A stretch of 33,649 nucleotides of DNA. It comes from Candidatus Eiseniibacteriota bacterium. GTDB taxonomy: Bacteria; Eisenbacteria; RBG-16-71-46. A program made the position numbers and the translations under genes. Each line of letters starts with the position of its first letter. Within the stretch, counting starts at the first letter, position 1. Where the stretch lies: positions 1 to 33,649 of the forward strand of contig JANLOX010000179.1 in NCBI GenBank assembly GCA_031366795.1, written 5' to 3'. This document shows positions 17,936-29,194 of the stretch, one piece after another. The notes beneath the pieces were generated by a model that had not been told where the DNA came from, ran no database searches, and was given only the letters and a program-made list of their open reading frames with translations.

Positions 17936-18657
17936 TCCCGCTCGCCGGCTCGATCGTGATCGCCAGCCTGATCGGCAGCCCGCACTGCGCGGGCATGTGC
18001 GGCGGGTTCGTCTGCTTCTACTCCGCGCAGGACGGCCCGCGGCGGATCGGCGCACACGCGGCGTATCACGCGGGACGCCTCATTTCGTACGCGACGCTGG
18101 GCGCGCTGGCCGGCGCCATCGGCGTCGGGCTCGACTCGCTGGGCGCCGCCGCCGGAGTGCATCGCGCCGCGGCGATCGTCGCGGGCTTCGTGCTGCTGTT
18201 GTGGGGTGGCCTGTCGTTGATGCGCGTCCGCGGCGTGCACTTCAAGTTGCCGGGGGTGCTCGGGCGGCTCGCCGTTCCGATCGCCAGCGCCATGCGCATG
18301 GTGCGCGCGCAACCGCCGGTCGTGCGCGCATGGGTGCTCGGGCTCGTCACCACATTGCTGCCGTGCGGTTGGCTCTACCTCTACGTCGCCGCCGCCGCGG
18401 GCACGGGCTCGCCCTTCGCGGGCGCGGTGGTGATGGCCGCGTTCTGGTTGGGCACCGTTCCCGTATTGGCGGGGCTCGGGTTGCTGGCGCAACGCGCGCT
18501 CGCGCCCCTGCGTCAGCGCCTGCCCGCGATCTCCTCGGCGGTGTTGATCGTCGCCGGGCTGCTCACCATCACCGGCAGGTTCCACGCGCCCGGTACCGGC
18601 ATGGCGTGCAGCCCCCCGCAACACGAAACGGTGGGCGCGGGGAATTCGTCACGGTGA
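17914..18657 (+). CDS. TauE/SafE-like (DsbD_2) membrane protein associated with cbb3 biogenesis
   Basis: GSPHCAGMCGG, YHAGRLISYATLGALAG, LLPCGWLY, MAAFWLGTVP. Confidence 0.9.
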   Translation: MVLDGPLIPLAGSIVIASLIGSPHCAGMCGGFVCFYSAQDGPRRIGAHAAYHAGRLISYATLGALAGAIGVGLDSLGAAAGVHRAAAIVAGFVLLLWGGLSLMRVRGVHFKLPGVLGRLAVPIASAMRMVRAQPPVVRAWVLGLVTTLLPCGWLYLYVAAAAGTGSPFAGAVVMAAFWLGTVPVLAGLGLLAQRALAPLRQRLPAISSAVLIVAGLLTITGRFHAPGTGMACSPPQHETVGAGNSSR

Positions 18658-21146
18658 GCCACCCCGATTGCGTCCACTGCGGGCTCCCGGTATCGGAAGG
18701 AGCCTTACTCGAAGCCGCGAGTCGATCGTTCTGCTGTGCCGGTTGTCGCACGGCATGGGACATCCTGCACGACCGCGGCCTCGAGCAGTATTACGCCATG
18801 CCCGAGCGCCGGCTCGCGCGCGTCGAGGCGAGTGGGCGCGGGTTCGAGGAATTCGATCACGACACGTTCCAGGTGCGCTACGTGACGCGCGCGGGGGAGT
18901 GCGCCGAGACCGATCTCTATCTCGAAGGCATCCATTGTGCCTCGTGCGTCTGGCTGGTCGAGCGCGTGCCGCTGGCGCTCCCCGGCATGATCAGCGCGGA
19001 GCTCGACGTGTCGCGTTCGCGCGTGCGCATTCAATGGGACGCGGAGCGCGCCACGTTGTCCTCGATCGCGCGGTTGCTCGACGCGCTGGGCTACCGGCCG
19101 CATCCGTTCCGCGGTGTCGACGCCGAGGCGATGCGGCACGCCGAGGGCCGCTCCGCGATGGTCAGCATCGGCGTGGCCGGGGCGATCTCGATCAACGTCA
19201 TGTTGCTGGCAATCGCGCTCTACAGCGGCTGGCTCTCGGGCATGGACCACGACCTGCAACGCTACTTCCGCTGGTTGAGCCTTTCGCTGGCCACCGTCTC
19301 GCTGCTGTGGCCAGGCAGGGCATTCTTCAGAAGCGCATGGGCCGCGCTGCGAGCTCGCTCGCTGCACATGGATGTGCCGATCGCCGTGGCGTTGGCCGCG
19401 GCGTGGACGCGCGGTCTCGCGAACACGCTGTTGGATCGCGGGCCGATCTACTTCGACGGCGTCGCCACGCTGGTGTTCCTGCTGCTGGTCGGGCGCTTCC
19501 TGCAGCAGCGCGCGCAACGCGCCGCCACGGATTCCGCCGAGCTGCTGTATTCGCTCTCACCCACGACGGCGCGTGTCGTCGGTGACGATGGACGCATCGC
19601 CGAGGTGCCCGCGGAAGCGCTGCTGCCGGGGATGGTATGCGAAGTGCGCGCCGGCGACACGGTACCGGCCGACGGCGAGATCACCGCGGGCCACTCGGAG
19701 TTGAATCTCTCGTTGCTCACCGGTGAATCGCGGCCCGTCATGGTCGAACCGGGTGCTGCCGTCTACGCCGGCACGCTCAATAGCACGCAGGCGCTGCGCG
19801 TGCGTATCACCGCCACAGGCGAGCAGAGCAGGCTCGGCCGCATTCTCGCCGAAGTGGCACTGGGAGCGACTAAGCGGGCCCCGATCGTGCAACTGGCCGA
19901 CCGGCTCGCGGGGCGATTCGTGGCAGCGGTGTTGGTGCTCGCGGGGGCGACGGCGTTGGTGTGGTGGCATCGTGACGCTTCGCGCGCCATCGACCTGTCG
20001 ATCGCACTGTTGATCGTCACCTGCCCGTGCGCGCTGGCCCTGGCGACGCCGCTCGCCGTCACGGTGGCGGTGGGCCGCGCGGCGCGGCGCGGGATCCTGG
20101 TGAAGGGCGGCGCCACGCTCGAGCGATTAGCACAACCATCGCAATTGATCCTCGACAAGACCGGCACTGTTACCGAAGGGCGCACGGCACTCGTGCGCTG
20201 GGACGGCGATGATGCCACGCGCGTGCGGGTGCTGGCGCTCGAGCGGCATTCGAACCACCCGATTGCGCAGGGCTTCGTCAAAGCGTGGAGCGGCCTTGCG
20301 GCGTGCGACGCGACAGATGTGGTGAACACGCTGGGTGGCGGCATCGAGGGTGTGATCGAGGGTCGGCGCATCGCGGTGGGCTCGCCACGCTTCGTGGCGC
20401 AGCGGTTGCTCGATGCGACAGCGCCCGCGATTCATGACGGCTCGGCCGATGCGCACACTCCAGTGTGGGTGGCGGAAGACGGCAGGCTGGTCGCCCGCGC
20501 ATGGTTCGGTGATCCTGTGCGCGCCGATGCCGCCGACTCTATCGCGCAATTACGCCAGCGCGGATGGCGCGTGCGGCTGCTGTCGGGCGACGACGAGCAG
20601 GTCGTGGCGCGCGTGGGAGCGCAGCTGGGATTCGTGGCGAGCGAGTGCGAAGGCGCCGCCAGTCCCGAGCGAAAACTCGCCGCGGTCGAAGCAGCACTCG
20701 CCGGTGGCGATGTCGTGATGGTGGGCGATGGCGTCAATGACGCCGCGGCGATCGCGCGGGCGAGCGTCGGTATCGGCGTTCGCGGTGGTGCCGAGGCGAG
20801 CCTGGCCGCGGCCGACGTGTTCCTCGCGAGGCCAGGGCTCGCGCCGCTCGTGGAGTTGACCGAGGGCGCCGCGCGCACGATGCACGTGATCCGTCGCAAT
20901 ATCGCGTTCTCGCTCATTTACAATTGCATCGGGGCCGCGCTCGCCATGGCCGGCCTGATCAATCCCCTGATCGCCGCGGTGTTGATGCCCGCGAGCTCGG
21001 TCACCGTTGTGCTCGCCTCGTGGTGGGGCAGGACGTTCGACGAAACGCCGCCCGCAGAGCCCAGCGCGCGACGCGACGATGCGTTGCCCGCGGGCGTTGC
21101 CACCACCGCCGTCGCGCCGGCTACCCCTAAGGCGGCCCACGCATGA
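18654..21146 (+). CDS. ccoI: Copper-translocating P1B-type ATPase CcoI
   Basis: CVHC and FCCAGC N-terminal motifs, HMA motif GIHCASC, TGES, CPC, DKTGT, HP and GDGVND. The GTG start at 18654 overlaps the upstream TGA. Confidence 0.95.
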   Translation: MSHPDCVHCGLPVSEGALLEAASRSFCCAGCRTAWDILHDRGLEQYYAMPERRLARVEASGRGFEEFDHDTFQVRYVTRAGECAETDLYLEGIHCASCVWLVERVPLALPGMISAELDVSRSRVRIQWDAERATLSSIARLLDALGYRPHPFRGVDAEAMRHAEGRSAMVSIGVAGAISINVMLLAIALYSGWLSGMDHDLQRYFRWLSLSLATVSLLWPGRAFFRSAWAALRARSLHMDVPIAVALAAAWTRGLANTLLDRGPIYFDGVATLVFLLLVGRFLQQRAQRAATDSAELLYSLSPTTARVVGDDGRIAEVPAEALLPGMVCEVRAGDTVPADGEITAGHSELNLSLLTGESRPVMVEPGAAVYAGTLNSTQALRVRITATGEQSRLGRILAEVALGATKRAPIVQLADRLAGRFVAAVLVLAGATALVWWHRDASRAIDLSIALLIVTCPCALALATPLAVTVAVGRAARRGILVKGGATLERLAQPSQLILDKTGTVTEGRTALVRWDGDDATRVRVLALERHSNHPIAQGFVKAWSGLAACDATDVVNTLGGGIEGVIEGRRIAVGSPRFVAQRLLDATAPAIHDGSADAHTPVWVAEDGRLVARAWFGDPVRADAADSIAQLRQRGWRVRLLSGDDEQVVARVGAQLGFVASECEGAASPERKLAAVEAALAGGDVVMVGDGVNDAAAIARASVGIGVRGGAEASLAAADVFLARPGLAPLVELTEGAARTMHVIRRNIAFSLIYNCIGAALAMAGLINPLIAAVLMPASSVTVVLASWWGRTFDETPPAEPSARRDDALPAGVATTAVAPATPKAAHA

Positions 21147-21340
21147 GTGTCATCTATGTCGTGCTGCCCGTGGCGCTGTTCGTCGTACTGATTGCGGTGC
21201 TCGCCTATGTTTGGGCAGCGCAGCACGGGCAGTTCGACGATCTCACCACGCCGGCGATCCGCGTGCTGCACGACGACCCGCCGGCGAAGGTGGCGGAGCA
21301 GTGGGAGTCGGAGCCCAGCGAGACCAACAAAACTCCCTGA
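21143..21340 (+). CDS. ccoS: cbb3 oxidase assembly protein CcoS
   Basis: MSVIYVVLPVAL...WAAQHGQFDDLTTPAIRVLHDD. Confidence 0.95.
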   Translation: MSVIYVVLPVALFVVLIAVLAYVWAAQHGQFDDLTTPAIRVLHDDPPAKVAEQWESEPSETNKTP

Positions 21341-21531
21341 AGCGCCGCGGGACCTCTGTTACGTTCCACGAGAGCCGGAAGTTTTGTATTGGCGCGCATC
21401 GACTACCACAAAAGTGCTAGAATCGATATCGACGCACCCGGGGGAGTCGGGCGCGACGTATACAAATCTTCTGCAGACCGGGCAATTGCTGGGCGCGCAC
21501 CCGCCGTGCGTCACGCGTGGCAGGAGTAAGC

Positions 21532-23928
21532 ATGGGCCTGGTCTCGAAGTTTCGTGGATGTGCCGTCGCATTGTTGTTGGGGCTAAGCGTCTCCGTGACG
21601 CCCGCGCAGGCCGGCTCCGAGTTTCATCGTGATCCGCCGCCGCGCGCCCCCGCGCCAGACACCTGCGCCCACTGGGAAAACCCCACCTTCGCGCCGGACC
21701 GGCCGCCATTCCGGACAGATCACGTCGCAGTGCTCGACGCCGCGCACCGGCGGATGATCGTCTGCGGTGGCGAGCTGCAGTGGAACCAAAGCGGAAGCGA
21801 TGTGTGGATCTGCGCACTCGATCGATCGAGGACGTGGACGCGGTTCGCGAATCTCAATTTATCGCCACCGTTCATTCGCTCGTCGGGGCTCTCCGGTGCA
21901 TTCGATTCACGGCGCAATCGCATGATCGTGTTCGGCGCGTCGGGAAGCGCCGACGCAATCGAAGCCTGGGCGCTAACGCTGGACCCCGGTCCCCATTGGG
22001 CTCGGCTCGCCGTCGCTGGGCAATCGCCGCAGCGTGTAACGCAGGCCTCCGCCATCTATGACGAGGCGAGCGATCGCATGCTGGTGTTCGGTGGCTCAGT
22101 CGAAACTCTCGACAACCAGCCAACCGTGAACACCGTGTGGTCGCTCTCTCTCGGAGCAGCTCCCGCCTGGACGGAGCTCCATCCCGCGGGCGAGCTACCG
22201 AGCCCGCGCAAGGCGTCCACTGCGGTCTACGACTCGCGTCACCATCGCATGTTGGTGTTTGGTGGCTCACCGCAGTACCCGGAGGCGCCATCCGACACGG
22301 ATCGTGTGTGGCTGCTTTCGCTCGATGCGAACCCCGCCTGGTCGAGTGTTGCGCCTGTTGGTTCGCACCCGCTGGCACAACGAGAGCATGCCGCATGCTA
22401 CGACCCAGTGCATGACGAGATGATCGTGTTGGCAGGGCTCCGGCTGGGGGAATATGTCTCTGATGGATCACTGGAAGCGTGGCGCTTCCCGCTCGGCAGC
22501 ATGCAGTGGTCGCGGATCGATACGCAGGAGACACCGTTGGCCCGCAGATCGGCGAGCGCAATCTTCGACACTCGACTCGATCGGGTGATCATGTTCGGTG
22601 GCCACGCAGTGGACAACTACAATTCGAACGAGTGCTGGAGCCTGTCGTTGGACCGGGGGCCGGTGTGGCAGTTGATCTCGCCGCCCGCTGGCTCGTCCTC
22701 GCCCCAAGTCGGCGGACGCGGGGTCATCGATCCGAAGCGGAGGCGCCTGATCTATGCGCAGCACGATCATAGTGTCTGGGCCTTGTCGCTCGACCGCGCG
22801 CCGCAATGGCAACAGATCCTGCCCGCGAGCCCGCCGGTGGATCGGTTCCCGAGATTCTGGAGTTTCTTGGTTCTCGACGCCGCTCGCGACAGGGTGCTGG
22901 GGTTCGACGACCGCGACTTGTGGGCCCTTGGCCTCGACCCTGGCGCCGCGTGGGAGAAGGTCGCGAGTCTCGGTGACCCTCCGCATCGTCGCGCGATCCC
23001 ATCGCTCGTTTTGGATCCCGTTGGCGACCGATTGCTCATGTTTGGCGGATGCATCCAGTCCACTGCTTTTGATGGTGGTTGCAACACCACGAACGAACTC
23101 TGGTCGTTCGATCTCTCGCGGCCCTCAGGCTGGACGCGCCTCTCGATTCCCGGGAACAATCCTCCGCCCATGTATTTTCATTCAGGAATATTCGATCCCA
23201 GACGCCACAGGATGGTCATCAGCGGGGGCGACGCATTTGGCACAAGCGGCGAGCGACTGCCGCGGCAGACCTGGGCACTGTCCCTCGAAGGTAATCCCGC
23301 CTGGACGAAGTTGGAGATAACGGGCCCGACGACGCTTTCCGTTGGACCCTTTGCAGCCTACGACGAGCGCAACGACCGAATCCTCGACCTCGGTTACGCC
23401 GGAACGTCGTTGAGCTCGTTGTCGCTTCGGGACAATCGAATCACCCTGATCTCACCCACAGGCACTCCGCCTGAAGAGACGCTATGGCGGCAACTCGCCT
23501 TCGATCCCACCGCGAACCGCCTCGTGATTTACGGCACCAACGAGCCTGCCTATGAGCACCGCCAGGAATTGATGTTCGCGCAATTCACGGATTGCACCAG
23601 CGACGATGACGGCCACGGCCACGGGCGCTCCGATGGTGACGACAAGCCATCGCGCGACAATCATCGGCCGCGAATCACGTGGGCCAACTCGACATCTTTC
23701 GCTGAGCGGCCAGAGCTCTCCTTGGCGCTCGCCTCCACGGCTCCCGCCACGATCGAGGCATTCGACATCACGGGCCGCAGAGTCTGGCGCGATGCGGTCG
23801 CTGCTTCAGTAAGCGTCCTGACCACGTCGACGCTGCGTCTCCCTGCCTCGCTCCCGCAGGGCGTCTACATGGTGCGGGCGACCCAGGCAGGCGAGTCGTC
23901 GAGCACGCGCGTGGTCGTGCTCAAGTAG
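21532..23928 (+). CDS. Secreted Kelch-repeat beta-propeller protein with a T9SS type A-like C-terminal sorting domain
   Basis: Signal peptide; many A.YD....RMLVFGG....VW.LSL...P.W repeats; C-terminal IEAFDITGRRV...LPQGVYMVRAT...TRVVVLK; AGGAG RBS before ATG 21532. Confidence 0.85.
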   Translation: MGLVSKFRGCAVALLLGLSVSVTPAQAGSEFHRDPPPRAPAPDTCAHWENPTFAPDRPPFRTDHVAVLDAAHRRMIVCGGELQWNQSGSDVWICALDRSRTWTRFANLNLSPPFIRSSGLSGAFDSRRNRMIVFGASGSADAIEAWALTLDPGPHWARLAVAGQSPQRVTQASAIYDEASDRMLVFGGSVETLDNQPTVNTVWSLSLGAAPAWTELHPAGELPSPRKASTAVYDSRHHRMLVFGGSPQYPEAPSDTDRVWLLSLDANPAWSSVAPVGSHPLAQREHAACYDPVHDEMIVLAGLRLGEYVSDGSLEAWRFPLGSMQWSRIDTQETPLARRSASAIFDTRLDRVIMFGGHAVDNYNSNECWSLSLDRGPVWQLISPPAGSSSPQVGGRGVIDPKRRRLIYAQHDHSVWALSLDRAPQWQQILPASPPVDRFPRFWSFLVLDAARDRVLGFDDRDLWALGLDPGAAWEKVASLGDPPHRRAIPSLVLDPVGDRLLMFGGCIQSTAFDGGCNTTNELWSFDLSRPSGWTRLSIPGNNPPPMYFHSGIFDPRRHRMVISGGDAFGTSGERLPRQTWALSLEGNPAWTKLEITGPTTLSVGPFAAYDERNDRILDLGYAGTSLSSLSLRDNRITLISPTGTPPEETLWRQLAFDPTANRLVIYGTNEPAYEHRQELMFAQFTDCTSDDDGHGHGRSDGDDKPSRDNHRPRITWANSTSFAERPELSLALASTAPATIEAFDITGRRVWRDAVAASVSVLTTSTLRLPASLPQGVYMVRATQAGESSSTRVVVLK

Positions 23929-24030
23929 CAGCCTCCAGGGTGGTGGTGAGCTTGCCAGCGCACGGCTCGCACGGGGCCCGGGCGAAGCTTGCCCCTGCCC
24001 ACCTCATCTGCCACCCTTTCACTCATATCC

Positions 24031-25572
24031 ATGCCTGACACCTCCCAGAACCAGGATCTGCTCGAACTCGCGTTCGACCTGTCTCCCGCGGGGATGCTCG
24101 TGGTCGACGGAACGGGTTCGATCCGGCTCGTCAACCGGGAGCTCGAGCGGTTGTTCGGCTACAGCCGCGAGGAACTGCTGGGCCAGTCCGTGGAGTTGTT
24201 GCTGCCCGGGCGGCTGCAACCCGCGCATCCGACGCAGCGTGCGGGGTACCTCGCCCATCCGGAACGCCGCTCGATGGGGGCGGGACGCGATCTCAAGGGC
24301 CGCCGCAAGGATGGTACGGAGGTCGCGGTCGAAATCGGGCTGAACCCGATCCGCACCGACGAAGGCATGCTCGTGCTCGGCACCGTCGTCGATATCACGG
24401 AACGGCGAATGATCGAGAGCCAGCTTCGCCAGGCGCAGAAGATGGAAGCGGTCGGCACCTTGGCCGGCGGCATCGCCCACGACTTCAATAACCTGCTGCA
24501 TGGAATCGTCGGCCACGCCGAGCTGGTGCTCCGCGATGCCGCGCCGGAATCCGGCTCTCGCGCCGATGTCGAGCAGATCCTCAAGATCGCCGAGCGTGGG
24601 CGGCATCTGGTCGACCGCATCCTCACCTTCAGCCGCCAGCGTGAAGTCTCTCGCGTGGTGATCCCGCTGGAACGGCCCATCCACGAGGCGGTCGAACTGT
24701 TGCGCGCGTCGTTGCCGCGCGAGATCGAGATCCGCGAACACTTGGATCCCGCGACGCCGCAGGTGCGCTGCGACGAGACCCAGATCCACCAGATCGCGGT
24801 GAACCTCGGAACGAATGCCGCGCACGCGATGGAGCAGGGGGGCGTGCTCGAGGTGCGGCTGGCTCCGTTCGAAGCAACGGTGGCGCATGCGGGCTCCCAC
24901 CCGTGGCTGAAGGTTGGCCCGCACGCGCACCTGCGGGTCGTGGATTCCGGGACCGGTATTCCGCCGGAAGTATTGGAACGCGTGCTCGAGCCGTTCTTCA
25001 CGACGAAAGCGCCGGGCAAGGGAACCGGGCTTGGGCTGTCGATGATTCATGGCATCGTGAAGAGCCTCGATGGCGCGATCGAGATCACGAGCCGCGTGGG
25101 CGAAGGAACGCGCGTCGACATTTTCCTCCCTGCCGCGAGCGCTGAGAGTCACGGCGCGCACGCGCAAGTCGCCGATGCGCCCGCAGTGGACCCGCGCGCG
25201 GGCTGGCCGCATGTGCTTGTCGTCGAGGACGAGCAGGACTTTGCCGGCATGCTCAGGCGGCAACTCGAGGCGTTCGAGTATCGCGCGACGGTGCATATCT
25301 CGAGCATCGAGGCGCTCGAGGATTTCAAGGCGCGCCCAGACGCCTTCGACGTGCTCATGACCGACAACAGCATGCCGCGCATGTCGGGGCTAAAGTTGAT
25401 CGAAGAGGTGCGAAAGGTCAGGCCCAGCCTGCCGGTCCTGCTCGTCTCGGGCACCGCCGCGCATGTGGATCCCGCGGGGCTCAAGGCTCTGGGGATCACG
25501 CACACCTTGAGGAAGCCTCATTCCGGCCGGGAGATGGATGCCGCACTCCGCGCCGCGCTGAAGCCGGGCTAA
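24031..25572 (+). CDS. Cytoplasmic hybrid sensor kinase: FixL-like PAS, HisKA/HATPase and receiver
   Basis: PAS (GRRKDGTEVAVEIGL), H-box QAQKMEAVGTLAGGIAHDFNNLL, PFFTTK, GTGLGLS, and receiver motifs VVEDE, TDNSMP, RKP. Confidence 0.93.
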   Translation: MPDTSQNQDLLELAFDLSPAGMLVVDGTGSIRLVNRELERLFGYSREELLGQSVELLLPGRLQPAHPTQRAGYLAHPERRSMGAGRDLKGRRKDGTEVAVEIGLNPIRTDEGMLVLGTVVDITERRMIESQLRQAQKMEAVGTLAGGIAHDFNNLLHGIVGHAELVLRDAAPESGSRADVEQILKIAERGRHLVDRILTFSRQREVSRVVIPLERPIHEAVELLRASLPREIEIREHLDPATPQVRCDETQIHQIAVNLGTNAAHAMEQGGVLEVRLAPFEATVAHAGSHPWLKVGPHAHLRVVDSGTGIPPEVLERVLEPFFTTKAPGKGTGLGLSMIHGIVKSLDGAIEITSRVGEGTRVDIFLPAASAESHGAHAQVADAPAVDPRAGWPHVLVVEDEQDFAGMLRRQLEAFEYRATVHISSIEALEDFKARPDAFDVLMTDNSMPRMSGLKLIEEVRKVRPSLPVLLVSGTAAHVDPAGLKALGITHTLRKPHSGREMDAALRAALKPG

Positions 25573-25576
25573 AGCG

Positions 25577-26691
25577 ATGTCGCGACTCGATGCCGATGCT
25601 CTGCGGCCGATCCTGCCGGCCGTGCTCGATTCGCTCACCGACGCCATCGTGGTCGTGGATCGCGAACGTCGCGTGATCGCGGCGAACCGCCGCTACCTCG
25701 AGGTGTTCGGGGAACAGCGCGATAACATCGCAGGTCTGTTATGCACCGATGCACTAGCGTGCCCTGAAGCGCGCGGGAGCGGCGCGGACCGTTGTCCGGC
25801 CTGTCGCGCCCGCGACATGAAATCGCCGCAACGGGAATTGCGCGTGTTGAAGGACGCCACGGGCGCCTCGCGCCGCTGGGAAGTGACGTTCGACCCGATC
25901 CTGGATGAGGCGGGGGAAGCCAGCCACGTCGTCGAAGTGTGGCGTGACATCAGCGACCGTTCGGTGCTCGAAGCACAGTTGTCGCACAGCGAACGGCTGG
26001 CCTCGATCGGTATGCTGGCTGCCGGCGTCGGGCATGAGATCAACAACCCGCTGGCATCGCTGCTGGCAAGCGTCGAGAGCCTCGAGCGCATGCTCAAACG
26101 CGGCGACACGAGCGAGGCCGCGCGCGCCGAGGCGCTCGAGATCGTTGCCCTCGCCGAGCGCGAAGTCGCCCGCTGTCGCGAGACCACGGACAAGCTCGTG
26201 CTGCTCGCGCAGCCCTATTCGGTGGCGCCCACGTGGGTGGACCTCAACCGGGCGGTCCGCGATACTGCATCGTTGCTGCGCCACCAGATCGTCAAGCAGG
26301 GTATCGAGTGGCGGGACGAGCTGGATCCCGCACTGCCGTTGATCTGGGCGCGCGAATCCGGGATCCGCGGAGTGTGCCTGAACCTGATGATGAATGCCGT
26401 GCAGGCGATGCCCGAAGGCGGCATGCTCGCCGTGACCACGGTTCAATCGGAACGCTTCGTCGAGATGCGGGTGAGCGACACCGGCAAGGGGATCGCCCCC
26501 ATGCACCTGACGCGCATCTGGGATCCCTTCTTCACCACCAAACCGGTGGGCCAGGGAACAGGGCTTGGGTTGTTTGTCACGCACGGTATCGTAACCAAGA
26601 ATGGCGGAACGATCCGCGCGGAGAATGTCCCGGAGGGCGGCGCGCGCTTCGTGGTGCGCTTGCCGTTGGACGGGACGTTAGGGGGTACGAC

Positions 26692-26695
<4 letters not shown>
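25577..26695 (+). CDS. Cytoplasmic NtrB-type sensor kinase with a Cys-rich PAS domain
   Basis: PAS with C-x5-C-x10-C-x2-C; SERLASIGMLAAGVGHEINNPL; NAVQAM; PFFTTKPVGQGTGLGL. Confidence 0.93.
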
Positions 26696-28125
<1,430 letters not shown>

Positions 28126-28143
28126 GCGGGCTCCGGCAGCCTG

Positions 28144-28524
28144 CTAGCCGAGTCGCTCCCGCCTGCGCAGGGCGGCCTGAACCACGCCTGTGACCTCGGA
28201 CGGATCCAGCGGTCCCACCGAGCAGAACATTGGGCGCAGCGGCTGCACCGCGACGCGGGTGGTGAGCGATGTCTGGTCGGCGAGCAGCACGATCTCGACA
28301 TCGGGTTGCATGCGCCGCAGCAGCCGCAACACGCCGAGATCGATCTCGAGTTCAGCGCTCAGCGCATAGACCACCAGCGCGGGCAGGTCGGCCACCGCCG
28401 CCTCGAGAAAGCTGGGGCCGTCGATGTAGAAGTCGACGACGTATCCCATGTCCCGCAACGATGCGGCAATCCTGTCACCCTCGCCGGAGTCGGGACGGGC
28501 GTCGCAGACGATAATGAGGGTCAT
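28144..28524 (-). CDS. Stand-alone degenerate (pseudo-) receiver domain protein
   Basis: CheY-like pattern (IIVCD...SLRDMGYVV...PALVVYAL...VEIVLLA...GPLDPSEV), but the phosphoacceptor Asp and the conserved Lys are replaced. Confidence 0.7.
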   Translation of the reverse strand: MTLIIVCDARPDSGEGDRIAASLRDMGYVVDFYIDGPSFLEAAVADLPALVVYALSAELEIDLGVLRLLRRMQPDVEIVLLADQTSLTTRVAVQPLRPMFCSVGPLDPSEVTGVVQAALRRRERLG

Positions 28525-28539
28525 GCATTCCTCGAGCCG

Positions 28540-29181
28540 TTACGAGCCCGTTTGGGCACGGCGAAGCATTTCGGTTCGCACCTGCTCCAGAAGATCCTGG
28601 GCGACCCGTTTCAGCATGCCGCGACAGAAAGAGCGTGGCATCGGCGTCTTGGGCTCAGCCTTCAGCTCGTAGTTGACCAGAGTACCTGTCGAGTCCGCGG
28701 TGATGTGCCATTCGCCGACGTACTCGTGGAAGTCCTTGCCCAGGACATCACGGAAGCTGATGCGTGAGCCGTGCTTCTCGTGAATCTTCAGCAGTACCTG
28801 AACGCGGCGGTGGAACAGGAAGAATCCACCGACCGCGTCCTGCCTCAGCAAGATCTCGTCGTGATCACGGTGTTCCACGCGGCTCGACCGCACCGAACTA
28901 ACGAATTGGCTGATGTGGTCGTAGTCGGCAAGCACGTCCCAAGCAAGCGTGTCCGCGACCGCCGCGTGGAAGCTGCCCTGAACGAAACAGCCCTGGCGCG
29001 CCTCGCCCATCACCACAGCGGCTTCGTCCGCACGCGCTGGATGCGCCTGCGTGCTGGCCCGCGACGGCGCCGGTGCCAGCAGCAGGACCAGAGCTAGCAG
29101 GGCGCGGGCGCTGAAACCAGCGCCCGCGCTTCCGCGGAGTCCGCACCGGAGGTGCGTGCCGAGATGGGGTGAAGACGTCAT
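28540..29181 (-). CDS. Secreted SRPBCC/START (polyketide cyclase/Coq10-like) lipid-binding protein
   Basis: Signal peptide; AWDVLADYDHISQFVSSVRSSRV, DFHEYVGEWHI, TLVNYEL..EPK and a C-terminal helix. Confidence 0.82.
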   Translation of the reverse strand: MTSSPHLGTHLRCGLRGSAGAGFSARALLALVLLLAPAPSRASTQAHPARADEAAVVMGEARQGCFVQGSFHAAVADTLAWDVLADYDHISQFVSSVRSSRVEHRDHDEILLRQDAVGGFFLFHRRVQVLLKIHEKHGSRISFRDVLGKDFHEYVGEWHITADSTGTLVNYELKAEPKTPMPRSFCRGMLKRVAQDLLEQVRTEMLRRAQTGS

Positions 29182-29194
29182 GGCTCGTGAGTCC

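Noticed and set aside
17997..18653. Long N-terminal extension of CcoI (likewise for ORFs starting at 3181, 7479, 26233 and 31517)
   Set aside because: The extensions are Arg/Gly-rich or otherwise featureless read-through of neighbouring genes or intergenic DNA; better starts with an RBS or stop-start overlap exist downstream.
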